Below, piece by piece: positions 36,601-49,100 of a stretch of 64,000 nucleotides of DNA. The DNA is from Vicugna vicugna. Taxonomy: Eukaryota. The notes beneath the pieces were generated by a model. The model worked only from the letters and a program-made list of their open reading frames with translations, made no database searches and had not been told where the DNA came from. The stretch lies in the NCBI GenBank assembly GCA_013265495.1, contig MU058531.1, positions 3,658,911-3,722,910 of the forward strand. Reading direction: 5' to 3'. Position 1 is the first letter of the stretch, and each line of letters starts with the position of its first letter. The position numbers and the translations under genes were made by a program.

Positions 36601-37420
36601 CTTTTTAATCCCTTGCAATACAACTTCTTTGTCGGTCCTGAAATAATGACACCTTTGAGTCTCTACCTCACCTCCATCTTTATTCTTTCTTCCTAGGCAA
36701 TGTTACTCATGACTTACCTAGTTGTAATATGCAGATGACTCTATAATCTGCATCTGTAAACCAAAACCCCAAACCAACTTTTGGAACTCTAATCATATGC
36801 TGGACGTTCCCAGTCTCTTACTTGACCAGATACATTTCTCTTATTAATTAATTACCAATCCAAATACTTTTGTCTTCATACCACATCAGTTCAGTCTCAA
36901 GAGTTTTGTAGTTAATTGGCTGGTTCCTCCGTCTTCAGTCACTCCTTATATCTGATAAGTCATTATATCACATCTTGTGGTTTCTACTCTAAACACACTT
37001 CATTTCCACTCCTTGATTATCATCCCGTTCTAATCAATTATCATAGGGTTCTGGAATTATTTCAGTAGCCCTCTCTGCCTGATTCTACTTCCTCTCTCTC
37101 CTTAAGTGATAATGGAAATCTTTAAGAGAGCGATGTATTGAAACGTGGTGCTGGATAAGAAAAATAACTTTGATAGTATTGAGAATGGTGAAGTGGAGAA
37201 GGGAAGGTGCTGGCATGAGGCGATGAAGCCGTAAATTATGGCAATGGCGATGGAGCGGTAGATGTAAAAGTATAAAGTCGAGTGGTAACCAACTAGAGCT
37301 GGAAGAGCTTACAGCCTGCATTCTACTCCCATAAATTTAGTACGTCAAGTGAATTTTTGCTTAGCGAGCCATACCCGTGCTTCTGTAAGCGCTGTCATGT
37401 ACACACTGGGCCAACCAGCC
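33700..37420 (+). pseudogene. Decayed Toll-like-receptor-like gene, copy C (relics about 33700-34645, 36225-36400, 37100-37420)
   Basis: PCIQL*QN 33745. LRRs: NFSENQI 33860; SFPYFK*INIL 33915; NNLEKLDF*NSMI 34386; KLQG*ILQ 34504; LCLDISYINL 34613. Juxtamembrane: DAWYFLKW 36350. TIR: IMEIFKRAMY 37109; RKITLIVLR 37158; RCWHEA 37205; LELEEL 37293. Confidence 0.62.
34645..36220 (-). mobile_element. L1MB-like element with a younger L1 nested at about 35493-36104
   Basis: Two sets of L1 3'UTR motifs; inner TSD gtcttttactcattttt (35476-35492) / gtcctttacttattttt (36105-36121). Confidence 0.8.
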
Positions 37421-37725
37421 TCCAACATCCAGACGGCTGATCCCAGATTGGCCGTCCGAGTATTACGGAGCCGGTCTCTCTAGCTACCGTCTCTATGGTT
37501 CGCGGAATCTCCAGGTCGGGGCTTGACGGGTCAGGCTTTTGCGCGTGCGCGAGCCCAGGCGCGTGCCCGCCCTCCCGCAACTGCCCGAACCCTGGGAGGG
37601 AGGGGTGGGTCTGGGAACGTTGCGGCGGCAGCCGCCGCGGCCCCAGCACCCAGGGCTTTTCCTGGGCCGAGCCTGCGCCGGGGAGTCTTCCGCCGCCTCC
37701 TCGGGCGGCGCTCGGCCGGTCCCAG

Positions 37726-38681
37726 ATGGTGGGTCCGGAGGATGCCGGAGCCTGCTCGGGGAGAAACCCTAAGTTGCCCCCTGTGCCGGCGCCCGAGCCC
37801 GCGGGCCTGGACGGGAAGATGATTCGAGCCACGGGCGGCTTTGGCGGAGGCGTCGGCTCTGTGGAGCCCCCGGAGGAGGAGGAGGAGGAGGAGGAGGAGG
37901 AGACGCCGCAGCCTCAGCAGCTCCTTCGGCGTTACCTCGCAGCGGACGGGGGGCAGCTGGAGCCCGGGCTGTGCTACTGTCCGCTCCCCGCCGGCCAGCC
38001 CCGCGTTCAGCCGCCCTTGGCAGCGCCGCGCTCGGACGCCAGCCCGCCGGACGCGGGCTCCAGGCACCGCGGCGAGGAGGCGGCGGATGCCCGCGCGGCG
38101 CGGCGCGGGGGCATGACCAACGGGGACTCGGGCTTTCTGCCGGGCCAGGACTGTCGCGACCTGGAGGAGGGTCGCAGGTTGGCCCGCGCCGGCGGCCGGG
38201 AACCCCGCCACCGCCGCCTCCGCCTGGAGGGGTCTGCCGACGAGGACGCGGACGGCGCGGGCAGCCCGTCTGACTGGGCCGCGCCTCTCGAGGACCCGCT
38301 GCGGAGCTGTTGCCTGGCGGCGGCGGACGCTGACGAGCCCGAGGGAGAGGGCAGCGGCTCGGGGGGCAGCCCGGCCAGCGATGGCAGCGGCAGCGAGTTC
38401 TCGGAGCCGCCAGGAGCTGGCGCCGGGGGTCCCGCAGAGGGCGCGTCCCCCGTCACCTCGGCCGAGAGGACTAGCGGGGTCGAGGGCGCCAAGCAGCAAC
38501 TCGGCTTCTCCGACGTTCACTCGAACTCTCGGAATACGTTCGAGGTGAGCCACCGCAAGAGCGCCCGCGACCACCTGCCCCCGGCGGGGCCGCCGGTGCC
38601 CTCGCCTGCCGCGGAGCAGGGGCCCGCGGGGACCTCCGCCCGGGCTCGACGGAGCGGCGGCTTCGCCGACTTCTTTGCCAG
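37726..38681 (+). CDS. TBC1D12: TBC1D12 coding exon 1 (TBC1 domain family member 12, Rab-GAP family; disordered N-terminus)
   Basis: [23 protein letters not shown]...[12 protein letters not shown] matches the known TBC1D12 N-terminus. Donor GCCAG|gtacag; 956 nt, phase 2. Confidence 0.95.
37873..37902 (+). repeat. (GAG)10 coding trinucleotide repeat, poly-Glu in TBC1D12
   Basis: Ten perfect GAG codons. Confidence 0.95.
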
Positions 38682-41639
38682 GTACAGCGCAGGCTACCCC
38701 GGGGCTCGGGGCGGGTTCCGGGCCTGGGCCGGGGCCCGGGCCGAGGCCGAGGCCCGGAGCTGGCGGAGAGAGGGTGGGGGCCGCCTCCGCGCCGGCTCTC
38801 GCTGGAGTTAGGACTGAGCTTTGATTTGTCACCAGGGAAAGAGGAACTAGGTCTGCATTGTGTTGTGGATCTGTATAGAAGTTTTGAGTGCGGTGGGGAG
38901 CGAATCTTTGTTCCCTTGTCCGCTGGAGGCTATACCTGCCAATCACACCTGGTTTCTATGTATTCAGGTCCTGTCCTGCCAGCGTGTTGGTGCCATCTAC
39001 AGTTTTGGCTTTTCCGGAAAAACAGACAACCTTCGTCCCCATTTTTTTGGTTTAAATGTACTGCAAGGATTCGGAGGGGGCGGGGGTTGTGGTATGTGTG
39101 TAGGGGTGCGGTTGTGAAAGAAAGGGAAGTCATTTTGCACAGCTATTTGCGTGGCGTCTAAATCCATTCAAGTAGTTTGGGAATTCTTGAAATTAGAAAT
39201 GGTTGTGTTTCATAGTGTTAAACAGTTTGTTTCAGTGGCCTTTATTAAAATGGTGTTTAGAATTTGTGCCCAGCCTATATAGCCAAATTACTATGACGTT
39301 TTATCTAGAAAATCCCTCTTTACTTTTTTGCCAGATAGGCCTCTACTTTTTTAAAGCAAGTTTTAAATATTTTATGGTGTTGTATGTATATGTGCTTTTA
39401 TCTGCCGTTCTTGAAATTAAATTGTGGTGCTGGACATTGCAGATTTCAGAATGGGGCTTTGATAAGGATAAGTAAGCAGTTAGGAAATACTCATCTTAAT
39501 GCACATTATTAATGAAAAAATTTCCTTTGAGTCAGATTTTAACACTTTTTTTTAAGGTCTCCAGGCAAATAGGAAATTGTTCCCAACTTGTAAAATCCTC
39601 CCTTTCGAAGTTCTTTCTCCTCTGTTTTTGTTCCCTTTTCAGAGATCTTGACAAAAACCAGAAATAAGAGAAAAACATATTCTACAGCTCAACTTTTAGA
39701 GAATTATACAGTTCAGATGCATATTTTGTGATTGCAACTTCTTATTCCTTTTTCCACTTTATTATCCCTTATTTTTCCTGCTTGTATAAACTTACAAAGA
39801 AATTATGAAGTTGTTTAAATCAAATTGGGAAATCCTACTTATGTCTTACTCATAGGACAAAATATATAGTAGTTAGATATGAATTTGTGCCCACAGTTGC
39901 AAAGATATACTTAAAGCTTGTGGTGGCAATATTTTAAAAGCTTGTAAGTTAAGTTTACATATTTGTGACTTTGTGAAACCTTTGGCTGCTTATTGGTCAT
40001 GTTTTGATGTCAGGTGTCAGGCAGTTTCAGACCTGGAAGGGGCTTTGGAGAGCACTGATTGAACCAGTACCCAGAACTTGCTCTGTGCCACCCATTGGGA
40101 ATACAGGTGATTTAAGCAGTGGTCCATGACTTGGAGTGCAGGCTAGTGGGGATTAAGTTTGAAGACAGATGCTATACATGTATTGCAATATTTGAAGAAT
40201 AACAAAGCAAATCTATTATAAGAAGCTTTCATATTATTAACAGTAGGCAGGAATTTTGGTATAATTCTAGAAAATTGTCTTAACCTGTAGACTAATAGGA
40301 CTTTATTAACATAGCTAGTTGACGTTCATATGGCCACACTTCCCATGTGTATCAGAGCACTGGATATGAAGTCAGTAAACTTAGGTGCCTGAATTCAATT
40401 TCTCTAAGCTTCATTTTTGAGATCTGAATGTCAGGATTCTAGGTGTCTTTTCTTCCTTTTATGTAACATTCTTGGGAAAGGGCAAGATCAGACAGAGGCA
40501 CAGTTTTTCTTGTAGCATTTAGTCAAAACCTTAACTGGGTTCTGAAAACCTTAAAGACAGAGACTGACATTCATTTCTAAATCTACTTACAATACCTAGT
40601 GCTAGTATGAAGAATCCCACTCAGATTGTGTTGAAGTGACAACTTTCATGGACTCTCTCTCTTTACTTTTTCCTAGGTAGGCTACTTTTGAACAAATCTT
40701 CCACCCCTAGACAAAATAATCGGCAATTTCCCTTGTCCCTACAACCTAAGAGGTTTTTTTTTCTTCCTGTGTACAGTTGTCATTCTTAATTCTGAAGCCC
40801 AGGTGAGGGTTTCCTTTGGTGATACCTTTTTCTAGGATGCATTCTTGTTCTTGGGTGCAACCTCTGCCCTCACTTCATTTTTTGGTGAAGAACCTGTCTA
40901 AAGAAGGTAGTTTAGTTAGCTAATGGCAGAGCTGGGATTAGAACCAGAATTTCTGATTTTCAGTCCAGGAATTCGATCATAACTTCTGTTCACCTGCGAC
41001 TCTTTTCTTTCCCATCTGATTATCCTCTCTATCTTTACCTTCTTTACACTTCCTCTCTTCCCCTTAACTGGGCAAAATGTCTGTAACAAATATTTAAAAA
41101 GAATATTTTCGTGTTTGTTTTAACATAAGTAAAGAGAGGAGAACATTTTATAGTAATGTATCTAGATTACTACAGAATTATATTCAGTCAGAACACATTT
41201 TTGATAGTGGCTTCACTGAGTATGGTAGAAATAATGTAGAAGAAAAGGAATTTGGTCCAGGATGGGACTGCCCTCATCATCTCCGGCTTGCCCTCCCTTT
41301 CAGATGAAGTGAGTTGTATTTCAGTCCCTGTTGGGGGCTTGCCTCCACTTCACCTGGGCATCTCTCTGTGTTTATGGTGACTTGACTTTGGGAGCCTTGA
41401 GGTGACATTCCCTTAGATCCTTGGCCCTTTCCTGTCTATATAAGTTTTGAAATACTAGGTAAGTACCACTACCCTCCACTTTCCCCAGCTCAGCAGTGAG
41501 AAGAAGATGAAAGCCAAACAAAAACTCTTGTGTTTCCAGGCTAGCTTTTGTTCCTCAAGGATCTGTTTATTACTGTACTTTGAAAGTAAAGTAGCTTTAA
41601 ACCATTTTTATGTGTCCTGTAAGGAAATTCATGTCTTTT

Positions 41640-41810
41640 ATCTATTTATTTATTTTTATTGAAGTATTGTTGATTTACAGTGTTGTGTTAGTTTCTGGTG
41701 TACAGCATAGTGATTCAATTATACGTATTTTTCGTATTTCTTTCCATTATAGGTTATTACAACATATTGACTATAGTTCCCTGTGCTATATAGTGGAACT
41801 TTGTTTATAG
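41640..41810 (-). mobile_element. Short L1 3' end
   Basis: ttgatttacagtgttgtgttagtttctggtgtacagcatagtgattca...ccattataggttattacaa. Confidence 0.8.
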
Positions 41811-44800
41811 CATATTTATATCTTAATTGTTTTCAGACTAGTTGTTAATTTTTTAAGTTGATGCACTCTTTATAGATGTATTTTTAAAAGCCATTCAATA
41901 CTTTTGAGGCTTGTTCAGATTGCACTGGTAGAATTACTGTTATTTAGAAACATGGGTATCTGTCTGTCTCATAGTGTTGATAGCTTTTTACAAAGTCTTC
42001 ATGGTGAATCACAAGAATTTAGTGGCTTAAAAGGACTTAGCTAAGGTAGGGAAGAAAGTACTGACGTTTTTTTCCTTCTATTTGAAAAGAAAATTGACTT
42101 TATAGGTGCTGGAACAGAGATCCATGTAGTTTTCCCTGTAATTACTGACTTCTGAAACTTCCTATATGTTGTTGCAAAAAATTTTATTTATGGAGCTCTT
42201 TTTACTACAGGTAGGCTGAATAGGGAAGACTAAAGGCTCATTTAGTGATTTCTTTTCATATCTAGGCAGTCTCCATTCTCTCCAGCATGAAAATTGTTGA
42301 GAATATTTGTTCTTTTTATTATGATATTGAGAATTAAAAATTCCTAACATTTATTATTTTCCTTAATTTAAGGCTCTCAGAAACAACAAAATCAACCATA
42401 TTTTTTTTTCCTACTCAGAATTTATACTAGTTGACTAAATCATAATTCACCTGACTGAGCCATCATAGACCTGTGTCAGATAGGGCTCCTATATTTGCCA
42501 TATGTATTCCTCCCAGTCAACTGAAATAAAAAACTACAGTTTCAAGACCAGTTTCTCAAAAAAAATCCCTTTTCAGCATCTCAATAAAGAAAAGGCAAAA
42601 TATAAAACTTCTGATGAGTATTAAGATTTTTATAGCTCCCCAAAGCAAACAGTTCTTTAATGCAGGTGTGTTATAATTATAAGGAGAATGAGAAGTATCT
42701 TGATCTGAATATTGAATTTTTGTTAATACAAAGATTATAAAAATAAATGCAAAATACTCATTAATGTGTCACTAATGAAACTGCTGGACATTACTTGTAT
42801 ATTAATAATATATTAATGTAATTAAGATGTTTAAAATTTTAAAGAGCTGAAAAGAATGTGTAATTAATTGCTCTAGAATAAAAATAAGAGTCTTAGGATT
42901 TTAAAGTGTTGTGAAGCTACCCATTATAATATTAGATTGGGGAGCTAATGGCTGAAGAGTTTTTTTATTTTAATCTTTTGTTTGTGTTTGACCCTCTCCC
43001 CAACTCAGATCCAGCATTTTCTTAAAAAACAAACTAACCAACCATGAAACTCTAGATATCTACACTAAACCATTGGAAATACAGCATTGGTTCAAAGACT
43101 TCACCTTAGAAGTTCATTCATGGTTTTAAGGTGTGCGATGTGATCATTTAAATATAAATAAAGTAGAAAGTACTGGGAAACTCCAATTTTTGTGGGATGA
43201 AGGTAATTTTAAGCATTAAACATACTATTTTGAAGTGCTAAACTAAATTGACTGTTTAACAATAAACACCAGGAAGCAAAGCAGACTATTATTCTAATAT
43301 TAACTTGGAGTTGTTTAGTAGAAATTTTCTGAACTATTCAAAATGGACATGGAGATTTACTTTTTATTTTTTTAACTGCTTTTAATTTTAGAATAGTTTT
43401 GTATTTACAGAAAAGTTGCAAAGGTACTACACAGAGTTCTGGTATACCCCTTTAACAGTTCCTCTGTTGTCAGCACCACATAACTGTGGTATATTTGTTA
43501 CAACTAAGAAACCAACATTTGTACATTACTACTAGTTAAACTTCACATTTTATTTGGCTTAGAGATATTTACTAAAAGAGTTTTATTTGGGGAGCAGTTG
43601 TGTTTTACTATAAAATCAGAAATGTTTAAAGTAGAAGGAATTTCAAGAATCACTGTATTCACCCTTTAATACTCTATGGGAAATCAGTGATGCTATCATC
43701 AGAGAAATCTTTTATTGGTTAGACATCACCTAGTGAGGTGGTATTAGTTTAATATTGGAAATGAGTTAGACATGGTAATGAATTGTTCCTCAGGTGATTT
43801 AGAGCAATGGTTTTCAAGGCTTTTTCAGTTCAGAATATTTATGGCAACATTCAGTAGTTTTAACAATCAATACCTATTTGCCTCTAGAAAAAAATGTAAA
43901 AGTATATCTTAATTCTACATAATTTCAGTTTTTACAAAATTATTTTCATAGTTTCCTTTACAAGGTGTTTTTTTTTTTGATTCTTGAAATATTCTTGTGA
44001 CATAAGAAGGGTAGGGTTTATTTTTATTTTATATTTTCCCAGAGTCAGATAATTAATTAAAAAATCAGACTGAACTATACATGTGATTTAGGGTTTGGGG
44101 CTAATATGTTGATTTCTTTGAATTGTAAGAAGTTTATGAATGGAAACGTAACTTTTGGTGTAGTGAAAATACTACTGGCTTGAGAAATAAGAACCTTGGC
44201 TTTTGTCCTGGGTAGCTTGCCCTACACATTAAGTAATGTGTGACCTTGGGCAAATCATTAAATTTCTAGACTTCAGCTTCCTCATCTGTGAAATTAGGAG
44301 ATTCAGAGTCCCTTTTAGCTCCAGTACACCATGATATTGCACAATTCTTTTGCACTCACTTTTGTAGACTTCAAATATTTGTTGGCTAAATACGATAAAT
44401 GTGAACTGAGTTAAAGAGGATGCTTTTTTTAAAAGCATGTTTTTTCATCTTTAAAATGAGAAGGTTGCCAGACATAGAAATATCCCCTTCAGCATTATAT
44501 TCTACCTTGAGCATGCTAAACATCAGTGATTTGTTAGTTTCTCATATGTAGAAGTACAGAGAAGCAGCTTTTTTTTTTTCTTTAGCAAATTGTAGATTTT
44601 TTTTCCTTATCATTTTTTTGGAGTAGGAATGAGAGAATAGAATAATAAGTAAATTCTAGTTTATCAGTGAACTGGAATTTGAGACTTTAGATCATGAGTT
44701 ATTTCTCAAAGGTTGCCAGTGTTCCACATTGGAGAACTAATAGCCTAGTGCAAGTAGTTCCTGGCCTTTGTCAAAATCACCTAAAAGCACATTTAAACAA

Positions 44801-45924
44801 ATTAGATTCTCTTGAATTCACAGCCCCTACCTAGTCAGATTTGAGGGACTTGCTTTTGGCAGGTGGCATCTTCAAACCATAGGCTACAGTGTGGTGGTTA
44901 AAGATGGTGATTCTAGAGATAGACTGCCTGGGTTTGAATTAGCTTACTAGCTGGGTGATTATGGACAAGTTACTTGACCTCTCTGGACCTCAGGCAGCTC
45001 ATTTGTAAAATGGGGATAATAGTAATAACCTGCCTCATGGGATTGTCATGAGGGCTAAATGAGTAATATTCTGAGTGCCACGTATTAATTATGTGGCATA
45101 TGGTGAGGATTCCAGTGTTTTTATCCAAACTGCGGAAGACCACCACAGCCCCTTCCTCCAACTCCATCACTGAAATGCAGTGTTTTAAAGAAAGGAGGAG
45201 ATTGGAATGAATTTTTTGTGCACTACCTGAAGAAACATTGCACAACTTGTGTAGTAGATTTTAAAATTTAATTTGTATTTGGGATTGGATGGGTGTTAAA
45301 ATGGACTCTGGTTTGGTGGTATAATCTTTCCAGAAGTCTTGAAGCTTTGACTAAAAAGCAAATCAGAGAAGAAACTGAAAGGAGGGAATGTTGAGAAAGA
45401 TTAAAATATTTGTGTCTTATTGTTATAAGGAATTTTTACAGGAAGGCAAAGCCACTTTTTAAGTTTAAATTCAAGAAATATTTAACTTGGCTTACTCATA
45501 CATTTTATACTTAGTATGCTGTGGTAGGAAAGCTTTAGGGAAAAGTGGAAACATTTGTAGATTTTAGAGGTGAGACATCTGTTACCTATCTCTAAATGTA
45601 CTATTCAGAAAGGGAAAGCCAATCCTTTTTGAGTTGGCTTATTCCTTAGGAACACTATTAGCTACAATAAAAGATGTCCCCAGGTGGTTCTGATTGGTAG
45701 ATACTTAGACCCTAGTCAGTAGTTATTGAACATTGAACAGTAGTGTTTAAAATTATCGGGGCGGGGGGCACGGGGTAGGGGTTAGGAATGCAGATTCCTT
45801 GAGGTGGTCTTCCTCGCCTTGATTCGGTAGCTCTTGGGTGGAGCCAAACAGGAATCCATATATTTAACAAGGATTCTCAAGTGATTCTGATGCAGGTGGC
45901 TCCCAGACTATAATTAGTGAAATA

Positions 45925-46134
45925 CGGTTCACCCGTCCATGAACAACAGGGGTTTGAGCTGCGCTGGTCTATTTATACGTGGATTTTTTTCAATAGTAAA
46001 TACACCATCCTTGATTGATTGAATCCGTGGATGCAGACCACAGATATGGAGGGCAGACTGTAAAGTTATACTTGGAATTTTGATTGTGTGGAGGGTGGGT
46101 GCTCCTAATCCCCGGGTTGTTCAAGGGTCAGCGG
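45925..46134. mobile_element. Tigger2a-like TcMar MITE
   Basis: Degenerate TIRs cggttcacccgtccatgaacaac / gttgttcaagggtcagcgg, flanked by TA. Confidence 0.75.
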
Positions 46135-49100
46135 TAATTATCAATAAGCAGGTCTACTCAGGTAATAACTGAAAGAAGGTACAACATACATTTATAGCTG
46201 AGATTGCTTTATTGATTAGAATTGGGTCATATCTGGATACTATGTAATTGATGAGTATAGAGAATCAGTAAAGAATAGATATAAATACAAATGTAGAAGT
46301 ATTTTGCCAACCTTCACTAGGTTGAGAAATTATCTCTGCTTAATTAAATCTGTTTCCTTTTTATTAGTGGGAGAGGTCTTTTACTTTCTTTTATGTGGTC
46401 TAGATAGCCATGCTTACCTGTTCTGTGAAAAGTTTAATTACAAAGCCTTTATTCAGGTCTCTTCAACGTGCAGTCATAACTTTACCTCTCCTTATTTATA
46501 GTTTATAAAAAAAAGGTATTAATTTTCCTTCCTTCCACTGGTAGTTGTAATTCTTTTCCATGCCTTTAAGAAAAAATCCTGCACGTTGCACATGGCTTAT
46601 CCCCTCTCCAGAATTTGCTGCTTCAGCCTTTCTTGCACTTCTTATTTCTGTGGCCAAAACAAGAAAGAGAGGAAAACCCATGTGACTGTCTGGGTTTTCA
46701 GCAGGCTCTTTCCTGAAATTAAGAGAAGTTTACCTTAGAAAACCAAGCTACAACTCATGTTCCTACTTAGAGCTAGTTTGAGAGTAAACTTGGTAATATG
46801 TTTAATTTACCTTTTAATTTGACTTTTCATTTTCTTTCTAATTTGAATTTTATTTTGGGGTACATTTCTTGGTTAAAAAATATTTCCTTCTCCCTGTCCC
46901 TAACCCCACACGGATTAAACATTTTAAGTTTGGAACTGTACATGATAGTTTTGAAATCAGATTCTGTGCTATTTTCTCATATTTTTCCAAATACTGTAAT
47001 ATATGACTACTCATCATACACTTAGAATTTCCAAATCTGGTTTTCATCTAGACTATGTGTAGTCATTTTCTAGTTAAGTAGGGGAAATACTTTTCTGTTG
47101 TTATCCCAGGATAAAGTTATTCAAAGACTACAACAGTATAGTGGGGTTTTGTTGTAGAAAAACATAAAATACTCATATTATCTGCTTTTGAAATGTAAGA
47201 CAGAGAATATAAAATAAAACTAAATATAAATGCTTTATTTTTATACTATTTCAGCTAAAATGGAAAAAAAAAGATAAAATCAGGAAGGTGTGAAGGTTTG
47301 ACTAGAGGCAGGAGAAACTGTTAAGAGAGTTTGAACAGATTTATACAGAGAAAAATTGCTGGAAAGAATAAATGTTAGCTGGAAGTTAGCTCTGTAATTG
47401 GCCTGTGGGCTTCAGAATATTACTACAGATTATCTCCGTGTTTATTTTTCTATTCTACTTACCTTGATGCCTTTGTGTATGAGTCTAGCAACTTCTTAAA
47501 GATAGCAGCCTGTTCCCCTAATATCCCCATCCCCTCATGGCTTCCTAACAGGTTATATTGTGCAATGGAAATATTTTTAATGACAGGTTGTATATGTAAG
47601 ATTTAATTTAAACTTTAAAAATTTAGGTTGTTAGTATGACAGATTCACATAAAAAGCACATGTATCAGAGTGTAAGATAAATGCAATATACAGTTTTACA
47701 CCAGGTATTCTTACCTGAGCTCTAGTGCTAAGAGGCAGATTTCTCTCACAAGCACCATGGTAAATCTAGCAAATAAGTAAATCTCTTTTGCCCATGAGGA
47801 GAAAATTAATTGTTCAATATCAGGAATATATATTGTATAGAAATTTAGGTTTGAAGGTAAGTTATTGAAGTTTTATGTCAGTGAAAGATCTCAACTGAGT
47901 ATTTCTGTGTTTTTGAGAAGCAATAAAATGTAAGTTGCTTTGTTTGCTTGTATGACTCTCGACATTCCTCACTCCACTCCTATTGGATTGACTTTTTAAT
48001 TTCATTGGTACTACCTAGAATTAAAGAGATTGATAATCCTTGTGTGTTGTTCGGAAAACAAAAGATTTGTTGTGACTCATAATTGGGTATCAAGCACCAA
48101 AATCTTTATCTAAAGACTAATAAAATAAAACTTTTGATAGATAATATTCGTATAAGATAATCAGCACAGTCATTGAATGTACAACCAGAGATGTCCATCT
48201 TTGTGATATTCTTCCAGAAGCACATTAATACTGTCGAGATTGCAGTGCTAGGACGGTGATTAACTTTGAAAATTGGGCATACTAATAAAATAACTGAGAA
48301 TTATACCACATGAAGGAAAAATTTTAGAAGATAACCACTGTAAAATGTTCTTGATTGAAATAACAACTAGCTATACATTTTAATGAGGTAAGATTGTTTT
48401 TCTCCTATATAAGAAATATAATGTTTTGATTTAGTTGTCCATTTGATGGAACCATACATAACACCATGTGAAAAAGAAAGACAGTTGCCTCTGTCAGGAG
48501 AGGTATTTCAGCTATGCTGCTGCATACCTTCAGTTCAGGTCAGATGAACAAAATGTCAACCAAACAAAACAAAATAACAACAACAACCCTAAAACTAAGA
48601 GTGTCTGCCTCTTTATTCTTAGAGACTTTAGGCACCTGAGATGTTGTTTAGCCTCTGCTTGAATTCTTTCACTAATAAGGAGCTCAGTTTCCTTAAGGCA
48701 GCCTATTGAGGGTATTAATTGTTAGAAGGTTCTTTATGTGGAAGCACAGTGTATCTCTTTGTAATGTGCCTGGTCCTAATTTGCCCTTTAGAGCCACAAA
48801 GAACAAGTCAGTTCTTTTATATAACCACTCTTCAGAAACTTAAAGATTGCTACTGAATCTTTTTGTTTGTTTTTGGATCCTCTAAACTAAGCATAAACAG
48901 TTCTTATAAGTTAGTTTGCCATTTTCTTACCATTTATTCATTCAGCAGATGCTGTAAACCCTGTTATACGAGGTGCTAAGAAATTAGATAAACTATTTTA
49001 TTAATAAACTTAAGATGAGGGAATCATGTAAATCAGTACTTACAATATTACCTGATTAGTGTTAGAAAAGAAAATAACAGGGATGCATCAGTAGCACTGA

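Larger units (their letters stand above)
37370..38810. promoter_or_regulatory. TBC1D12 CpG island (promoter plus exon 1)
   Basis: About 1.4 kb of very high GC and CpG content spanning the TBC1D12 start. ATTGG (reverse CCAAT) at about 37447 and GCGCGTGCGC at about 37541. Confidence 0.9.

Noticed and set aside
37531..38946. 471-aa antisense ORF and other overlapping ORFs in the TBC1D12 island
   Set aside because: Shadows of a very GC-rich coding exon; low-complexity peptides with no recognisable domain
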